Source: Vicugna vicugna
Lineage: Eukaryota
Length of the DNA stretch: 64,000 nt
Assembly (NCBI GenBank): GCA_013265495.1
Contig: MU057880.1
Location: forward strand, 1,456,527 to 1,520,526
Reading direction: 5' to 3'
The notes under the pieces are model-generated. The model was not told the origin of the DNA. It worked only from the letters and a program-made list of their open reading frames with translations, and searched no databases. Positions within the stretch are counted from its first letter, which is position 1. Each line of letters opens with the position of its first letter. The translations under genes were made by a program, and so were the position numbers. This document shows positions 62,160 through 64,000 of the stretch, piece after piece.

Positions 62160-64000
62160 TGTTACCAAGTAGAGTCCTGTACTTACCTTTCCACAGTCAA
62201 CAAATGTAAAACTTGATAACATTTATGAAGCAACTTCTGTTAAGCATTAGAAACTGAAAGCATAAGGATAGAATCTTTGAGAGAAGGAACGTCTAAGAGG
62301 TGCGTCCGCAGTCACCCCAGCGTTTTGCCTGGAGCACTTTTCAAACCTTGACCCAGGCACGTGGATCCCAAACACAGAGCAACAGACTCTCTGGGAAGAG
62401 GAGGCAGAGATCAGATGTCACGGTTGCTGTGGCATCTGGATCTGGGGGGCAAGGTACCAACGGTGAGCTAGCGCCTCAAGAAAAAGGTCCAGAAATCTGC
62501 AAAGGTGCTTCCTTGAGTCTTTGACCAAAAACTAAACTGTATATGTGGAGAATGAGACTCCATCAGGCCTGGAAGGAAGAAAACAAAAACAAAAAATCCA
62601 CAAAAACTCTTCAGAGGGCTCGGAGCTGAATAGAGAGTTCATAATTCAAGCAGTGCTGGAAAATATGAGCCAGAAAGGAGCAATCTTGGGTAACATTTCA
62701 AATATTCAGATGAGACCCCAGAAAGACCACGTCTTATGAGTAAGGTTCCTTTAGTCCTAGGGTAAAAGCTGCTTTAGATTTGTCCTTACAAAACTTAAAA
62801 CAGAACCCTGTTTTTTTTAATTATCTATAAGACAATTTTAGTTTGACAAAAATGTTATAAATACTTTGAGTACATTTCTCACTGGTTAATTCATTTTATA
62901 GTTAATTAACTTGTGTACAAAGACAGTCCTTTCCTGTATGATTGCATTAAAAAACACCCATTGTCAACAGATAAAAAGCAATTTACATCACATCAAAGAT
63001 AATCATTTTAGTAAATGAAAAACAATCTCTGTGCCTTTTCTTGAGCTCTTCAATAGAATTATTCTTCAATCTTGATTTCTCTATATGATTAAATATTACA
63101 TGCACTTTTTTTTCAGATTTCATATAAACATCATTAAAAATCATCAGTAAATATATTAACTGCTAAAATAAAACTCTACATTCTATGATGGGGAAAAAAT
63201 AGACTGTCAACAGAGTAGCATCCACAAGTTCATCAGACAATGGAAAATAACAGACATACAAAGAAGCAAGAAAATGTGACCTATAACTAAAAGAAAAACA
63301 GAGTTGACAGAAACAAAAACAGAGATGACAACAATGTTGAAATAGCTATTATAAAAATTTCAATAATTTAAAGGAAAAAAATGTACACAATGGACAAAGA
63401 AATGGAGGATGTTTTTGGAGATACAGACACAATAAAAAAGAACCAAATGCAAATTCTAAAACTACAAACAATGTATGAATTCAGAAATTACTAGATAGGC
63501 TTAACAGAAGTTTGAGCATTGAAGACTGATCAATAGAAGCTATTAGAACTTCAACACTGAGTGGAAAAAAAGAAAGAAAAATCTCAGTAATTTGTGGGAA
63601 AATATCAGGTAGTCTGCCATTAAGTAACTGGAGTCCCAGAAGGAGATAAAAGAGAAGTTGAGAAACAACAATTGTATGAATATATGATTTCCAAAACGTC
63701 TCCTAACTTAATGGAAAATATGCTCAATATCCTTCAAACAGAATTTTTTTTTGAAAAGAACGCTCATCTACATCATAGTAAAATTGTTGGAAATCAAAAG
63801 TAAAGAGAATTGCTTCAAAAATAATAAAAATATCTAGGAATACATTTAACCAAAGAGATGAACGATCTGTACATTGACAACTATAAAATATTGACAAAAG
63901 AAATTGAAGCCACAAATAAATGGAAAGATATCTCATGTTTATGAATTGGAGGGATTCATATTATTAAAATGTTTATACTAATGAAAGTGACTGACAGATT
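62160..64000 (+). mobile_element. Ancient L1 (5' region, decayed ORF1, then an ORF2 piece), interrupted at 62811-63163 and running off the window end
   Basis: ORF1-like aagaaccaaatgcaaattctaaaact...ggagtcccagaaggag; 63820-64000 encodes decayed [35 protein letters not shown] of L1 ORF2. Confidence 0.8.

Noticed and set aside
1..64000. CRISPR array, operon or prokaryotic defence system
   Set aside because: The sequence is mammalian; there are no regularly spaced repeats and no long or dense ORFs

Overview
Mammalian genomic DNA, almost certainly camelid (alpaca, llama or camel), judged from nine copies of the tRNA-derived Vic-1-type SINE and camelid/artiodactyl-style L1 3' ends. There is no intact protein-coding gene, RNA gene, CRISPR array or prokaryote-type system. 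The ORF track is essentially chance ORFs plus decayed L1 ORF2 pieces. The window is intron-like or intergenic and rich in repeats: six ERV1-class solo LTRs (all on +), MaLR/ERVL LTRs, old and young L1 fragments, L2, MIR, Tigger1, MER58A and a hAT-like MITE. The most notable non-repeat signal is a decayed + strand gene. A 305-bp exon (61091-61395) has a branch point, acceptor and donor, and 101 codons broken by only two TAA stops. A phase-compatible 73-bp exon (57814-57886) lies upstream and carries two more stops. From memory (unverified) the peptide resembles OFCC1/ojoplano, suggesting a unitary pseudogene. Other points of interest are a perfect 23-bp hairpin apparently made by template switching inside an L1, a cluster of RFX X-boxes, an orphan CpG/ETS patch, a CpG-rich hAT MITE, and several unusual retrotransposition junctions. 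Repeat family names come from recalled consensus sequences and boundaries are approximate unless TSDs are given.
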